This document shows positions 1 to 12,494 of a stretch of 64,000 bases of DNA, one piece after another. The stretch comes from Macrostomum lignano (Eukaryota): positions 372,001 through 436,000 of the forward strand of contig NIVC01000778.1 of the NCBI GenBank assembly GCA_002269645.1. The letters are read 5' to 3'. Made by a program: the position numbers and the translations under genes. The notes under the pieces are model-generated. The model saw only the letters and a list, made by a program, of their open reading frames with translations. It was not told the origin of the DNA and did no database searches. Position 1 is the stretch's first letter, and each line of letters begins with the position of its first letter.

Positions 1-663
1 TGGCTCATGGGGGGTTGCTTAGATGCCAAGGGTCAATTGGAAGTTGTTAGTAGGCCAAGCCAAAGATAAGTCAAAGGGTGATTTTGTGTTAAGCCATGAC
101 TTAAAGGGAAGCTTTGATGCCAGTGTGTTGAAAATAGAAATGTTCAATAATTTCAAGTTGCACTTATACATAAACCAAACCAGCATTTTAAATAACAGGT
201 TTGAGGAAAGGTTTAAAATTGCTTTTTCTCTCAATATTTCTCTTATCTATACCTATAAATTCAGTTTCATCTAATAGAAAAATACTTGTCAGTATGTTTT
301 TATGTGAAATGAGTTAAGATAACAATTAAATTTACATTTTTAATAGATGTTCAAATTATCTAAGTATAATATCTATAATATAAGTTGCGTTATTGTAATA
401 TTTAGCAATATTATCTGACTCGTTTGTTTGATCTATCATGAAAGTATTTACAACTTCCATGGAAATCTTAGTATTTGGCTTGGCCTCCAATGTAAGTAAT
501 TAAGTTGCAATTTATATTTTGTGAATCTAATTTCAACTGAAAGGCCTGAATATTTATATCAATCAAAATAGTATGCATAATAAATAATTGTTCCATCTGA
601 AGCATCCATGCGCATGCCCTGGCATTTCTGCTTTCTCCAGACAGCAAAAAAGCAAAAAACTAA

Positions 664-3600
664 ATGGAGCCAGAGTTCAAATTTACCCCGCCACCATTGG
701 CGCCAATATTTGAGCCAACTGCCGAGGAGTTTGGCAATTTCTATGAATACCTGCGTGACATCTATCCGATTGTTGTGAAAACTGGCGTCTGCAAAATCCG
801 GCCGCCCAAGGGTTGGAAGCCGCCGTTTTGCATCGATATTGACACGTTTGAATTCACGCCTCGTATTCAGCGTCTGAATGAACTTGAAGCCACCTCTAGA
901 GTTAAGCTGAACTTCCTTGATCAGCTAGCCAGATTCTGGGAATTGCAGGGCGCCAGACTGCGGGTGCCGTGCGTTGACAAGCGGCACGTTGATTTGCACC
1001 GGCTTAGCCAGGCTGTTCAGAGGCTAGGCGGCTACGACTCCGTGTGCTCTGGCAAGCGCTGGCAACAGGTATTTATTGTTTAATCTAATATGGAGCTTGA
1101 AACGATATTCACTTGGAGCTGCTGCCCTATCATAATTTAATTTGCCATTTGCTCACAATTTGGCAAATTCTTTTACCTTTGGGGCCAGATTAAAACACGC
1201 CTACACGCCAGATAAGAAGAGTGGAAATGAGAGGGAATAGAGGAGAGAGAAGAGTAGAGAAGTGAGGAGAAAAGATAGACGAGACAAACCTTTCCTTAAA
1301 CGAGCCGGATTGCTGTTATAAAGTTTCCAAAAGACCCCATGGCCGGATAGAGAAGAACTTGCTGACCCTTAGGGTGAGGTAAAAATATTAGTTTTCAATT
1401 ATTACTTTTCGATTAATTTACATTGGTACTTACAATAGGTAAAGTCAGGCAATTTGTACCTAGAATCGCAAGAATTCAATGGATTAATTGATCCCATAAC
1501 TCTCAGGTAGCCGAACTCACCGGCTATCCGGCCAGTAGCAGATGCGCCCCGGCTCAGCTGCGTCAGCATTACGAACGAATAGTTCGACCGTACGACATTT
1601 TCAAAGCCGGCGTCTCAACCGATGTAGGCCTGCTGCGCGCTAAAAGCATCGAACGGCAGCAGTCGTCGCACGGAGGAGTTGGAGGCAGCGGCGGAGGCGC
1701 CGGCGGCCCACCGACAAGACGCTACGGTGCTCGCGGCGGCCTCGTCCGCTATCCGTCGGCTTCTTCTTCAACAGCGGCGGCGGACGAATCCGGCGGCGGA
1801 CTGGACGATGCTGGCATCGATTATAATCGCAGTAAGGAGCTTCGCAGGCTGCAGTACTTCGGACCGGGCCCGAAGGCTGCCGTGCCGCAGGCTGCGCTGC
1901 CGCCCGAACAGTCGGCTCCAGTTGTTGAGCCGACTCGCATGGAGGTGAAGTCAAAGCGCGAAGGCACCGCAGGCTGGTTGGACTCGCTGGTTTGCCGAGT
2001 GTGCAGCACCTCGGCCCAGGAAGAGCTGCTATTAATTTGCGAATCCTGCCAGGCGCCGTTTCACACCTACTGCCTGTTTCCCCAGCTGCCCGACGTGCCC
2101 AAAGGCGAATGGCGCTGCCCCGGCTGCGTTGCCAAATCGTTTGATCGGCCAAGCGCCGAATACGGATTCGAACAGTCGCGCAAGCAGTACACTCTGGCAG
2201 ACTTTGGCGCCATGGCTGACCAGTTTAAGGCTGGCCATTTTCATAAGTGAGAACTGCCTAATTGTTTTATTAGAGAGTACTACTTAATCAACATAATAAA
2301 ATCCCTCCTAATCCACCCCATAGAATCCACTCTGATCCACCTCATAGAATCCCTTCTAATCCACCTCATAGAATCCATTCTAATCCATCACATAGAATCC
2401 CTTCTAATGAACCCCACAGAATCCCTTCTAAACCACCACATAAGAGTCCCTTCTAGTCCACCCCATAAAATCCCTTCTAATTCACCCCATAGAATCCCCT
2501 CTAATCCACTTCACAGAATCCCCTCTAATCCACTTCACAGAGTCCCCTCTAATCCACTTCACCGAATCCCTTCTAACCCACCACATAAAATCCCCTCTAA
2601 TCCACCTCATAGAGGCCCTTCTAATCCACAACATAGAATCTATCTCAATCAACTCAAGATATTCCATTCTAATCCAAACCCCAGAATCCCTTCTAATCTG
2701 TACAAGATAATCCCTTCCTAATCCATTGAGAAAAAGCCAATAAGCGGGCACCATATCCTGGCAATCTACCTCAGATCGCTGCACTGCATCAGCTATTCGG
2801 AGGTTGAGAGCGAGTTCTGGCGCTTACTTCAGGCGCTAAACGAGCCAATCTCTGTTGAATACGGCGCCGATTTGCATTCGAGCTCGGCTGGCAGCGGCTT
2901 CCCAACCGCTAATCGCAGGCCGCGCTTATTCGACTCGCGTGACGAGGCCGCCAAATGGGACGCTTATTTAGCCGACGAATGGAATCTGAATAATTTGCCA
3001 TTGAACGAGCAGGGCTTCCTGCGCTTCCTGCATCAGGATATTAACGGCATGGTCATACCCTGGTGCTACGTTGGCATGGTATTCTCAGCATTCTGCTGGC
3101 ATATTGAAGATCATTGGTCCTATTCGATTAATTATCTGCACTGGGGTGAGCCCAAGACCTGGTACGGTGTCCCGGCTCACGATGCCGAAGGGCTGGAGCG
3201 GGTGATGCGAGCCGAAGCTGGCGAATTGTTTGACGCATCGCCTGATCTGCTGCATCATATCACTACAATTATGAATCCCAATCAGCTCATGTCGGCCGGC
3301 GTTAGCGTCTATCGAATCGATCAGGAGGCCGGCGATTTTGTCATCACTTGTCCTCGCGCCTATCATGCCGGCTTTAATCAGGGCTTCAATTTTGCCGAGG
3401 CTGTCAATTTCTGCCCGTCCGATTGGCTGCCGGTTGGGCGACAGTGTGTCGATCACTACGCTAGCATTGGGCGGCACTGCGTGTTCAGCCACGAAGAGCT
3501 GGTATGCGCTGCTGCTATTGCGGCTGTACAGAAGCCCGCCTGCATTAAGGAGAGCCAGGTTCGTGTCAAATTTTGGGGATTGCCTAATTTATCACCTCTG

Positions 3601-6600
3601 ATCGTAGGCGGGTAGATCTGCGAGTGAATTGCAAGTTAAAATTGAGTGAACTCCAACAGTGATGTAGGATATGAGAGGGAATAATCCAGCAGTGATGTAG
3701 GATATGAGAGGGAATAATCCAGCAGTGATGTAGGATATGAGAGGGAATAATCCAGCAGTGATGTAGGATATGAGAGGGAATAATCCAGCAGTGATGTAGG
3801 ATATGAGAGGGAATAATCCAGCAGTGATGTAGGATATGAGAGGGAATAATCCAGCAGTGATGTAGGATATGAGAGGGAATAATCCAGCAGTGATGTAGGA
3901 TATGAGAGGGAATAATCCAGCAGTGATGTAGGATATGAGAGGGAATAATCCAGCAGTGATGTAGGATATGAGAGGGAATAATCCAGCAGTGATGTAGGAT
4001 ATGAGAGGGAATAATCCAGCAGTGATGTAGGATATGAGAGGGAATAATCCAGCAGTGATGTAGGATATGAGTAGGAATAATCCAGCAGTGATCTAGGATA
4101 TGAGTAGGAATAATCCAGCAGTGATCTTGGATATGAGTAGGAATAATCCAGCAGTGATCTAGGATATGAGTAGGATTAACCCAGCAGTGATCTAGGATAT
4201 GAGAGGGAATAATCCAGCAGTGATGTAGGATATGAGAGGGAATAATCCAGCAGTGATGTAGGATATGAGAGGGAATAATCCAGCAGTGATGTAGGATATG
4301 AGAGGGAATAATCCAGCAGTGATGTAGGATATGAGAGGGAATAATCCAGCAGTGATGTAGGATATGAGAGGGAATAATCCAGCAGTGATGTAGGATATGA
4401 GAGGGAATAATCCAGCAGTGATGTAGGATATGAGAGGGAATAATCCAGCAGTGATCTAGGATATGAGTAGGAATAATCCAGCAGTGATCTAGGATATGAG
4501 TAGGATTAACCCAGCAGTGATCTAGGATATGAGTAGGACCAATCAACAAGGATCAAGGATATGATTAGGAATAATCCAGCAGGGATCAAAGATACGAGTA
4601 GGAATAATCCAGCAGGGATCAAAGATACGAGTAGGAATAATCCAACAGGGATCAATAAGGTAGTGGGACCAATCCAACAGGGATCAATAAGGTAGTGGGA
4701 CCATCCAACAGGGATCAATAAGGTAGTGGGACCATCCAACAGGGATCAATAAGGTAGTGGGACCATCCAACAGGGATCAATAAGGTAGTGGGACCAATCC
4801 AACAGGGATCGATTAGGTAGTGGGACCATCCAACAGGGATCAATAAGGTAGTGGGACCATCCAACAGGGATCAATAAGGTAGTGGGACCATCCAACAGGG
4901 ATCAATTAGGTAGTGGGACCAATCCAACAGGGATCGATTAGGTAGTGGGACCATCAAGCACAGATGAAGAATGACACAAGCTTTACAAAGTAAAAACAAA
5001 AGAACAATTTACTCTTGACCGAAAAATTCTCAGCTGCCCGAGCTGCTATCCGAGCTGCAAATCGTAGTGGACCGCGAGGAGCGCGAACTCCAAGTCTTGG
5101 CCGCTCTGGGCGTCCCGTCGGACAGCTCGAAATCCGATGGCACTAATAGCGGCAAATTCGATTCGAACGAGCGCGGATTCGAACGATTCGAAGTATTGCC
5201 AGACGACGATCGGCAATGCTCAGTGTGCAGCACTACACTGTACGTGTCCGCCATTGTCTGCCAGTGCTTGCCTAGACGGCTACTGTGTCTGAGCCATTCA
5301 GACCAGCTGTGTCCGAAGTGCACCAGCCATCTGCTCTATCGGCACACAGTGCCGGAGCTGCGCAAACTGGTTGCCTCGCTTAGCGACCGAACCACCGGCC
5401 TGGAGCAGTGGCGCCGAGAGTCAACCGACCTACTAGCCAGGATGCGCCGGGCTCGACAAGCTAGCGGCGATAGTAAATGCTCGACGATAACAACAAGGCC
5501 AACTAGGGAACAGTTGGCCGAGCTGTGCAATCGGGCTAGAAAGCAACTGGGCGTGCCGCGCAGCTGTCCGATTCTGGCCGAATTGCGATCAGCCCTGGCT
5601 CTGGCTGATCAGGCCGCTTCGATTGTTCAGGTTTGTTGTTTTTGGGCGCTTGGCGGGGTTGGTTGTTTTTGTTAGACTCTTACACTGACTGGTTGAGTGA
5701 AAATCCTAAAACTCACACCTATGAGTGCCAACTCCCCCCCGCCTGTACGAAGAGTGTACATGCCTGAGAATTAGAAAGTCTGGCCGCTGTACACCCTGTG
5801 GGAGCGTGTGTATGAGTGCGTGCCTGCGTACAGTATTGGCGCGCTTGTGTGCTCAGGAGTCAGCGGAATTGGCCGAATTGCCTTAGGCATTGCGAAGGCA
5901 TTGCAACAGGGTGTTCACAGCACCGGGCCTTCCCAATTATTATTATTTGCATTAAGAAACTTTCCCAGGGTGCCCATAGTATTCCTGTACCCGTTGAACT
6001 AATGACAAGCATCGCATTTTCATTTCGCAGGTGCTGCTAAAGCCGCCCCGGGCCGAGAGCGGCAAAAGTGGCAGCGGCGGCAATAACAAAACGGCGGCCA
6101 ATGCTGATAAGAAACGCGTGCCATACGCCAGTTTCCAAGCGTTCCGGTCGAAACTAGCCGGCCTAGCCTGTACAGTTGATGGTCAGTCCGAGTTCGAATC
6201 TATCTGCGTCAAAGTTGACGCCTGGCTAGCCCGCTGTCACAAGCTATTAGTCAAATCTGAATCGGCCGCCGGCTCCAATCCAACGGAGACGGACTCCGAT
6301 GCTGAAGCTGTTGAAGAAGCCGAAGCTCTCCTAGCCGAATCAGCTCAGCTGCCGGTGTCGCTAGACGAGCTGCCTAAACTGCGCGAAATTGCCGTTAGGC
6401 TCAATTGGCGACGCGAGGTCGGCAGTCTGATCCGCGGCAGCTCCAGGTGCAGCATGGCTAGAATTGAGGAGCTCAACTCCTGCCAGCCGCCGGCTTCAGC
6501 TGTTGGCCAACAGCTGCTGTCCAAGTTTCACGCCCTGTACGATCGAGCACTGCAGATCACCTACGGAGTCAAGATACTGCTGCAGGTCACTTCAACTGAT

Positions 6601-8421
6601 CGGGGCAGCGAGGATTTTGATAATACCGAAGCCATTCTTATGGTTAGTAGCTTCAGTATAGTAGATACTTCTAATTACTATCTAGATTGTACGATTCTCC
6701 TCTTGGACTCGCCCTCCCCCTAGAGAATCGCCCCCCCCCCTTGGAGAGTCGCCCTCACCCTTCGAGAGTCGCCCTCCCCTTTGGAGAGTCGCCGTCCCCC
6801 TTGGAGAGTCGCCCTCCCCTTGGAGAATCGCCCTCCCCTTGGAGAATCGCCCTTCACCTTGAAGAATCGCCCCTTCCTTGGAGACTCGCCCTCCTTGGAG
6901 AATTGCCCCTTCCTTGGAGGCTCGCCCTCCTTGGAGAATCGCCCCCAATGGAGAGTCGCCCTCCCTCTTGGAGAATCGCCCTCCCCCATGAAGAATCGCC
7001 CTCCCCTTTGGAGAGTCGCCCTCCCCCTTGGAGAGTCGCCCTCCCCCTTGGAGAGTCGCCGTCCCCCTTGGAGAGTCGCCCTCCCCCTTGGAGAGTCGCC
7101 GTCCCCCTTGGAGAGTCGCCGTCCCCCTTGGAGAGTCGCCCTCCCCTTTGGAGAGTCGCCGTCCCCCTTGGAGAATCGTCTTTTTACTCTCTTAGAATGA
7201 ATGAGTGCCCCAACCCTTTAGTAAATCTCAGGCAATTAGTACTATAATTATTATATATGATGTATATTAACCGAAAATTGCCAGATCGAGCAGGCCCGCC
7301 GTCTCCCAATCGACATCGACCTTGTTGACCGGCTGGCCCTATTGGCCGAATCAGTTGACGACTGGCAGGTAGCGGCCACCCCACCGGCTGGCGGCTTCAA
7401 TGGCCTTGCCGAAGTCGAGCGCCTAGTCCAGACTGGTCGGTCGCTTGGCGTCCGACTAAAAAAACTGGCATCGTTGGAGAGCCAGACTGAGCTGGCCAGA
7501 GCCTGGCTGCGTCAAGCCGGCGATGCTTTCCTTCGGCCAGCCGACGCCGCATCGGCTGGCGACACCGCCTTAGACATTGAAATGGCCCTACTAGCCGCTG
7601 TCCTACCAGTTGGCGCTGATCCGCAAAAATTTGCTTCAAGCGAAGCCGAAGAGGCGCAGATTCTGTACAATACGGCAACCGCTGCCGAGCTACGCCAGAT
7701 TGCCGCGTACAGCGCCGCCGACTCGGCTGTTGTTGTTGAACGGAGCAAACGGCCGGGCATGGACACTCTGCTAGCGCTGCTGGTTGCTAATAGGGGCTTC
7801 CAAATCCGATTAGCTGCCAGCCGGGCTATCCACCTGCTGTCCGAACGGGCCATGGCCTGGCGCCAGCGCGTGCATGATACTTTACTAAGCACCGTTGAGC
7901 TGCGCGCAGCGCTACTATTAGTAGCTAGGGCTTTGCACTTCCGCCTGCCTCACAAGCTAATGTGGCAGCTGCGGTCTCGGCTGGGCGAATCGGCCGACGC
8001 CGAGCTGGCAGGCGTGTCGGCCAGGCGGCCTAGAAAATCTCTGCTGTTTCCCAGGGCTCCGCTAGAGGCCGACACCGATACTACTGGCGGCGAATTCGAC
8101 TCAGTTGACGATATCGACGAGACCGGCCGGCGTCGTCGTGTAGATCCGGCCGCCGCGGCCGCCAGAGTGTCCGGACTGCGGCTGAGCGTTGAAACGCACA
8201 GTCAGTTAAATTCGTTGCTAGCCGAAGGTCGCCTATTAGAAGTTGGCATGGAGGAGACCGACTGGCTCAGGCTGATGCTCAGGTCGGCTACCGCTTCCGC
8301 AGCTTTTGTTGCTGCCTCCGCGTCAACATCTGCTTCCGTTGCTGCTGCTTCTGCCGCCGCAGACGCTTCTAGTGCAGCCTCTCCAGCTGGCGGCAAGCGG
8401 GCCCGTCTGCTCGACGCTTGA
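664..8421 (+). CDS. KDM5: Lysine-specific demethylase KDM5/JARID1/lid (JmjN, ARID, PHD1, JmjC, C5HC2 zinc finger, PLU-1); 6 coding exons, ~1424 aa
   Basis: Hand-spliced join(664..1068,1507..2246,2775..3558,5034..5630,6031..6642,7285..8421); all introns GT-AG and phase-consistent. Motifs: JmjN ([10 protein letters not shown]), ARID, PHD1 ([22 protein letters not shown]), JmjC with intact Fe/2OG ligands ([21 protein letters not shown]), C5HC2 ([21 protein letters not shown]). Confidence 0.95.
2295..2725. repeat. Degenerate ~24-bp minisatellite (aatccaccccatagaatcccttct) in KDM5 intron 2
   Basis: Repeated units visible; explains the HRIPSNP repeat ORF. Confidence 0.8.
3655..4950. repeat. 33-bp minisatellite (ccagcagtgatgtaggatatgagagggaataat) grading into a ~31-bp variant, KDM5 intron 3
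   Basis: Near-identical tandem units 3655-4530, then divergent ccaacagggatcaataaggtagtgggaccat units. Confidence 0.95.
5780..5950 (+). mobile_element. SINE-like fragment (family 2), KDM5 intron 4
   Basis: Shares ggccgctgtacac...gcgcgcttgtgtgc..tcaggrgtcrgcggaat with 37055-37150 and 37675-37725; ends in an (att)n tail. Confidence 0.5.
6690..7180. repeat. ~20-22-bp minisatellite (ggagagtcgccctcccctt) in KDM5 intron 5
   Basis: Tandem degenerate units; source of the LESRPPPW repeat ORFs. Confidence 0.9.
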
Positions 8422-9540
8422 ACTTTTAAATTCTGCAAAACAGAACAAATATATTATTTTATAATCCAAAAGAACTCAGACAGTGTTTGTGCTGTGTCTG
8501 GATATGTATATAGTGTTACTTATTATTATTTATCCACCGAGCATACAGTTGTAGATAAATATAAACCTTTGCTATGATTGTGTGGATTCTGGAATTAACG
8601 CATAACTAATCTAATTTTTAATCATTACCTTTCTCACCATTGCTGATCAGTTTTCTTAAGTTCGGACGAAAGCTTAGATAATAGCTTCTCCCCTGAGCCC
8701 ACACTCCGCTTTGGCATATAATTTTTTTGTAATATACAGTTTGCTTGGTATTATTTAATTTCATTTGCTTTCAGCTTTCTGTTAAATTGTTTGTTTATTT
8801 AGACTAGGACCCCTAGCTATTGGCTTGCAGGCTGTAAAATAGATATCAAACATTTTTGAGTCTTTTTATAACTATTATAGCTACCTGTTCTGTCGTGAGT
8901 TATTACTTATTGATTATAATAATACAATAAAACCCACTATACCGCTTAGCTTAGTAAGTAGTATATATCGTTCCTCCGAATGTGTTTTAGTTTATTGCTT
9001 GTGTAGCGCTTCTGTTATTGCTATGGAAAAAATTGTTTGTTTTATGTTTTGAAGTATAATATTTATTTGACTTACGAGTATTTTGCTGGCCCAGGCGTGT
9101 ATATACTAATTCTATTACCTGTCGACCTTCTTCTGTCATCTTAGTTATTCAAGATCGCATCTGTTAGTTTATCTTGCTTAAATTACCGATTACTTGTACA
9201 TGTAGTTTAGCATTGACATTGACTTATCCCTGTTTACTTCAGATCTGTTTGAACTTGATCGTAACTCGGATGCAAGCCCCGCTCTGGCTATCCCCACCTA
9301 CTTCTTTTCCTCTTTCTTTTCTCGCCAACACGTAGAAACTATATAAACTGAGAACCTGCGCACCGAACACAGGCCTTGAATAAGAAAGAGGCTTGACTGA
9401 CAATTTACTTTTACAACATGTGACCTAGTAGAATTGAAGCTGTCTGACTAAACAACCTGTGTTGCGTTGATTCATCAAGCAATTGCTAATTTAATCGTAT
9501 TTGTTTGTATGTTGCTTTTTTATTTAATTGATAGACATTC

Positions 9541-10040
9541 GATAGTGTTAGACACGATAGTGTTAGACACGATAGTGTTAGACACGATAGTGTTAGACAC
9601 GATAGTGTTAGACACGATAGTGTTAGACACGATAGTGTTAGACACGATAGTGTTAGACACGATAGTGTTAGACACGATAGTGTTAGACACGATAGTGTTA
9701 GACACGATAGTGTTAGACACGATAGTGTTAGACACGATAGTGTTAGACACGATAGTATTAGACACGATAGTATTAGACACGATAGTGTTAGACACGATAG
9801 TGTTAGACATGATAGTATTAGACACGATAGTGTTAGACACGATAGTGTTAGACACGATAGTGTTAGACACGATAGTGTTAGACACGATAGTGTTAGACAC
9901 GATAGTGTTAGACACGATAGTGTTAGACACGATAGTGTTAGACACGATAGTGTTAGACACGATAGTGTTAGACACGATAGTGTTAGACACGATAGTGTTA
10001 GACACGATAGTGTTAGACACGATAGTATTAGACACGATAG
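9541..10040. repeat. 15-bp minisatellite (gatagtgttagacac), ~33 copies
   Basis: Near-perfect tandem array ending about 40 bp before the zinc-finger ATG. Confidence 0.97.
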
Positions 10041-10077
10041 TCAGCAATCTATATTCTTAACATAATTAATCTCTTGC

Positions 10078-11715
10078 ATGTCGTCCAGCAGCACTAGCGG
10101 CAGTCTCGCCATCAGAAGCGGTAGCGACAGCACCAGCGGCTGTATCTGTTGCGTCAAGTGCGGCAGACAATTTCCAACTGAACGAGGAGCCAGAATTCAT
10201 CAGAACTATTGCAATTCCTCTTCTGCCGCAGCCGCTCCCGTCATTGCGGCGGCTGCGTCAACAACAGCGGCAGCCGACTCGGGCACCAGACAGCGTCAGT
10301 TGGAGTCCGGCGTAATAATCGGCACCGTGTTTAAACGCGAACCGGACACGGCCGATTTTAGCGCAGTAGATGCGGACAATCTGTCCGACATGAACAGATC
10401 TGGCAATGCTGTACTGTTGAGCTTAAACGAATGCGTCTTCTGTTGTAGACTATTTGACTCAGCTGAGGCTCTGGCTCGGCACCTGCTTAGTCATAATCAG
10501 ATGCAGCCGTTTCTTTGCTGCTTCTGTCAGCAACCGTTTCCCAGTAGGCAGACTCTTGATTGGCATTTTGTTCACCTGCACCGCATGCAGATGCCTGGCC
10601 AGCAGCAGCAGCAGCCAAACACGGCGCCTGTTATCTCCGTTGCGGCTTCCGATGACATGCCTAGACAGACATCGCCGAGATCCTCGCCTCAGACCCCGCC
10701 GCCTCCACCTCCAGCAGAGTCGGAATCCTTGAACCAGCCGCCAGCTGTGCGGGGAGTCAGCGGCGGCGGCAAGTGTGCGAGCACAGCACGGAAGAAGAAT
10801 GCAAATAAGCAAAGACAGCAAAAGTCTAGCTTAGGACCAAGGAAGCCTGGTTTAATTCGAAAGAAAAATTTGCCGAAAATTCGGGCTCGCCTAGGCCCGA
10901 CGACAGAAGAGCAGTCGAGTAGTCAACAGCCGCAAGCTCAGTTGGACTCTACGGAGCAGCCAGTTGAGCAATCGGATCAACAGCCAGAAGCACAGGACAA
11001 AAAAAATAAACAGGCAAGGCAAAAGCTTAATATACAAGCGAAGCGAAAGGTGACAAGCGTTGATCCGCAGTTCACCTGTCACCTGTGCAGTCGCAGATAC
11101 TGGACAGAGCGAGAGCTAGCCTCGCACTTCATCATCTGCCTTAGGCGTCGCCGCTTGACCGATCCGGAGAAGCCGAAGTGTGAATTCTGCCAGAAACTAT
11201 GCGGCAACAAGTTGCGCCTGATTAGTCACATTAGGCGGTGCCATTCGGGCAGGCGGCACTTCACTTGCCTAGTCTGTCGGGCAGTGTTTCCCACCCGTTC
11301 GTCCGTTATGCTGCACAGTTATCGATTCCGTAGGCTAGTCAACGCGCGGCTTTCTAAAAATGCTAATAGCAATACTAATAGTAGCAAGAAGACCGACAGG
11401 CGGCGACCGCGGAATTCTGTTCAATCTGAGCAGGCAGTAGAGACGGAAGCAGAACAATCGCTGCAAGCTGGAGAGGAGCTGTCATTAGAGGAGGAGCAAT
11501 GCCAAGATGGCGAACAGAAGCTGTACGGAGAGCCGGCAGAGCAGGCGGCGGCAGGCGACTCAACTGGCGGCCGGCAGTGGCAGCCGTTCGTGTGGTGCGA
11601 CCCCAACCAGCTAGCCGAAGATCTCCGCAGTGCCACTTATGCCGCGGCTGCTGCCGACTCAAGTAAGATTATTTCACCCCGGATGGTGCCCTACGTTGTG
11701 TTGGACCAGCTATGA
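10078..11715 (+). CDS. Zinc-finger protein (about six C2H2/C2HC fingers, C-terminal PxVxL motif), 545 aa
   Basis: Uninterrupted ORF with CxxC-x12-H-x3/4-H/C fingers (e.g. CVFCCRLFDSAEALARHLLSH, CEFCQKLCGNKLRLISHIRRCH); ends PYVVLDQL. Start codon uncertain. Confidence 0.85.
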   Translation: MSSSSTSGSLAIRSGSDSTSGCICCVKCGRQFPTERGARIHQNYCNSSSAAAAPVIAAAASTTAAADSGTRQRQLESGVIIGTVFKREPDTADFSAVDADNLSDMNRSGNAVLLSLNECVFCCRLFDSAEALARHLLSHNQMQPFLCCFCQQPFPSRQTLDWHFVHLHRMQMPGQQQQQPNTAPVISVAASDDMPRQTSPRSSPQTPPPPPPAESESLNQPPAVRGVSGGGKCASTARKKNANKQRQQKSSLGPRKPGLIRKKNLPKIRARLGPTTEEQSSSQQPQAQLDSTEQPVEQSDQQPEAQDKKNKQARQKLNIQAKRKVTSVDPQFTCHLCSRRYWTERELASHFIICLRRRRLTDPEKPKCEFCQKLCGNKLRLISHIRRCHSGRRHFTCLVCRAVFPTRSSVMLHSYRFRRLVNARLSKNANSNTNSSKKTDRRRPRNSVQSEQAVETEAEQSLQAGEELSLEEEQCQDGEQKLYGEPAEQAAAGDSTGGRQWQPFVWCDPNQLAEDLRSATYAAAAADSSKIISPRMVPYVVLDQL

Positions 11716-12494
11716 CCAGTTATGCTTTCATCACGGCCCCTATAGCTGTTACTGTTGAGTGTTGAGCTAGCCGTGTCCTGAAACTACTATTGCCCTCGCT
11801 TTACCTAATTTTTAGACTAACGCTTTGTGTGAACGTTTTCGTCGACTGTGCCATTAAGGATGATTAACAAGCCAAAAAACAGCCAGTGAGACTTTCTGCT
11901 CGAACAGAACGTATCCAACGCGAAAAAGTCCAGCACTACTAATTAAAATTCTCTGAAGTTCAATATATTTTAACATAGTTATTACATGCTCATTATTACA
12001 TTTTTAACTGCAACTGTTGTTCCGCTGCACCGCTGTACATGTGAGTACACCGATGTACATGCAGTAGTTTATAAGTTTTAAGCAACTGTGTAGTTTTTGA
12101 ACCCGCAAGTCAATGAAGCTTGTATCTTTCCTCTGTTATTTGTAAAATTTACTCACAAAGTTGTTGCTTTAATATATAACGAATATTCACACTGTGGCAT
12201 TAGTTGTTCCACCCGTTTGCAGTGCACAGCAAACATTCTATAACCATCCATTCTTCAAAAATCATATTTGAGTAATTTTTTACGCTTTCTAGTCTTATTT
12301 AGTAATATCAAAAGTAATTACATGTAGAAGAGATTAGTGTACAAACGGTAACGGGATTTCTTAGCTCTTTATCAATAGATATTGATGAAAAGTCTACCTC
12401 GAATGAAATACATTCTAAGTACACTGTGTACCAGATTTAAAACATTTAGAAGGAAAATCGATAAGTAGAGCACCTACTTCTTCACGATCTAGCG

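Noticed and set aside
3584-4549. 321-aa ORF of [11 protein letters not shown] repeats
   Set aside because: Translation of a 33-bp intronic minisatellite antisense to KDM5; no non-repeat coding context.
9467-10060. LDTIV / SNTIV repeat ORFs
   Set aside because: Artefact of a 15-bp tandem repeat that is stop-free in some frames.
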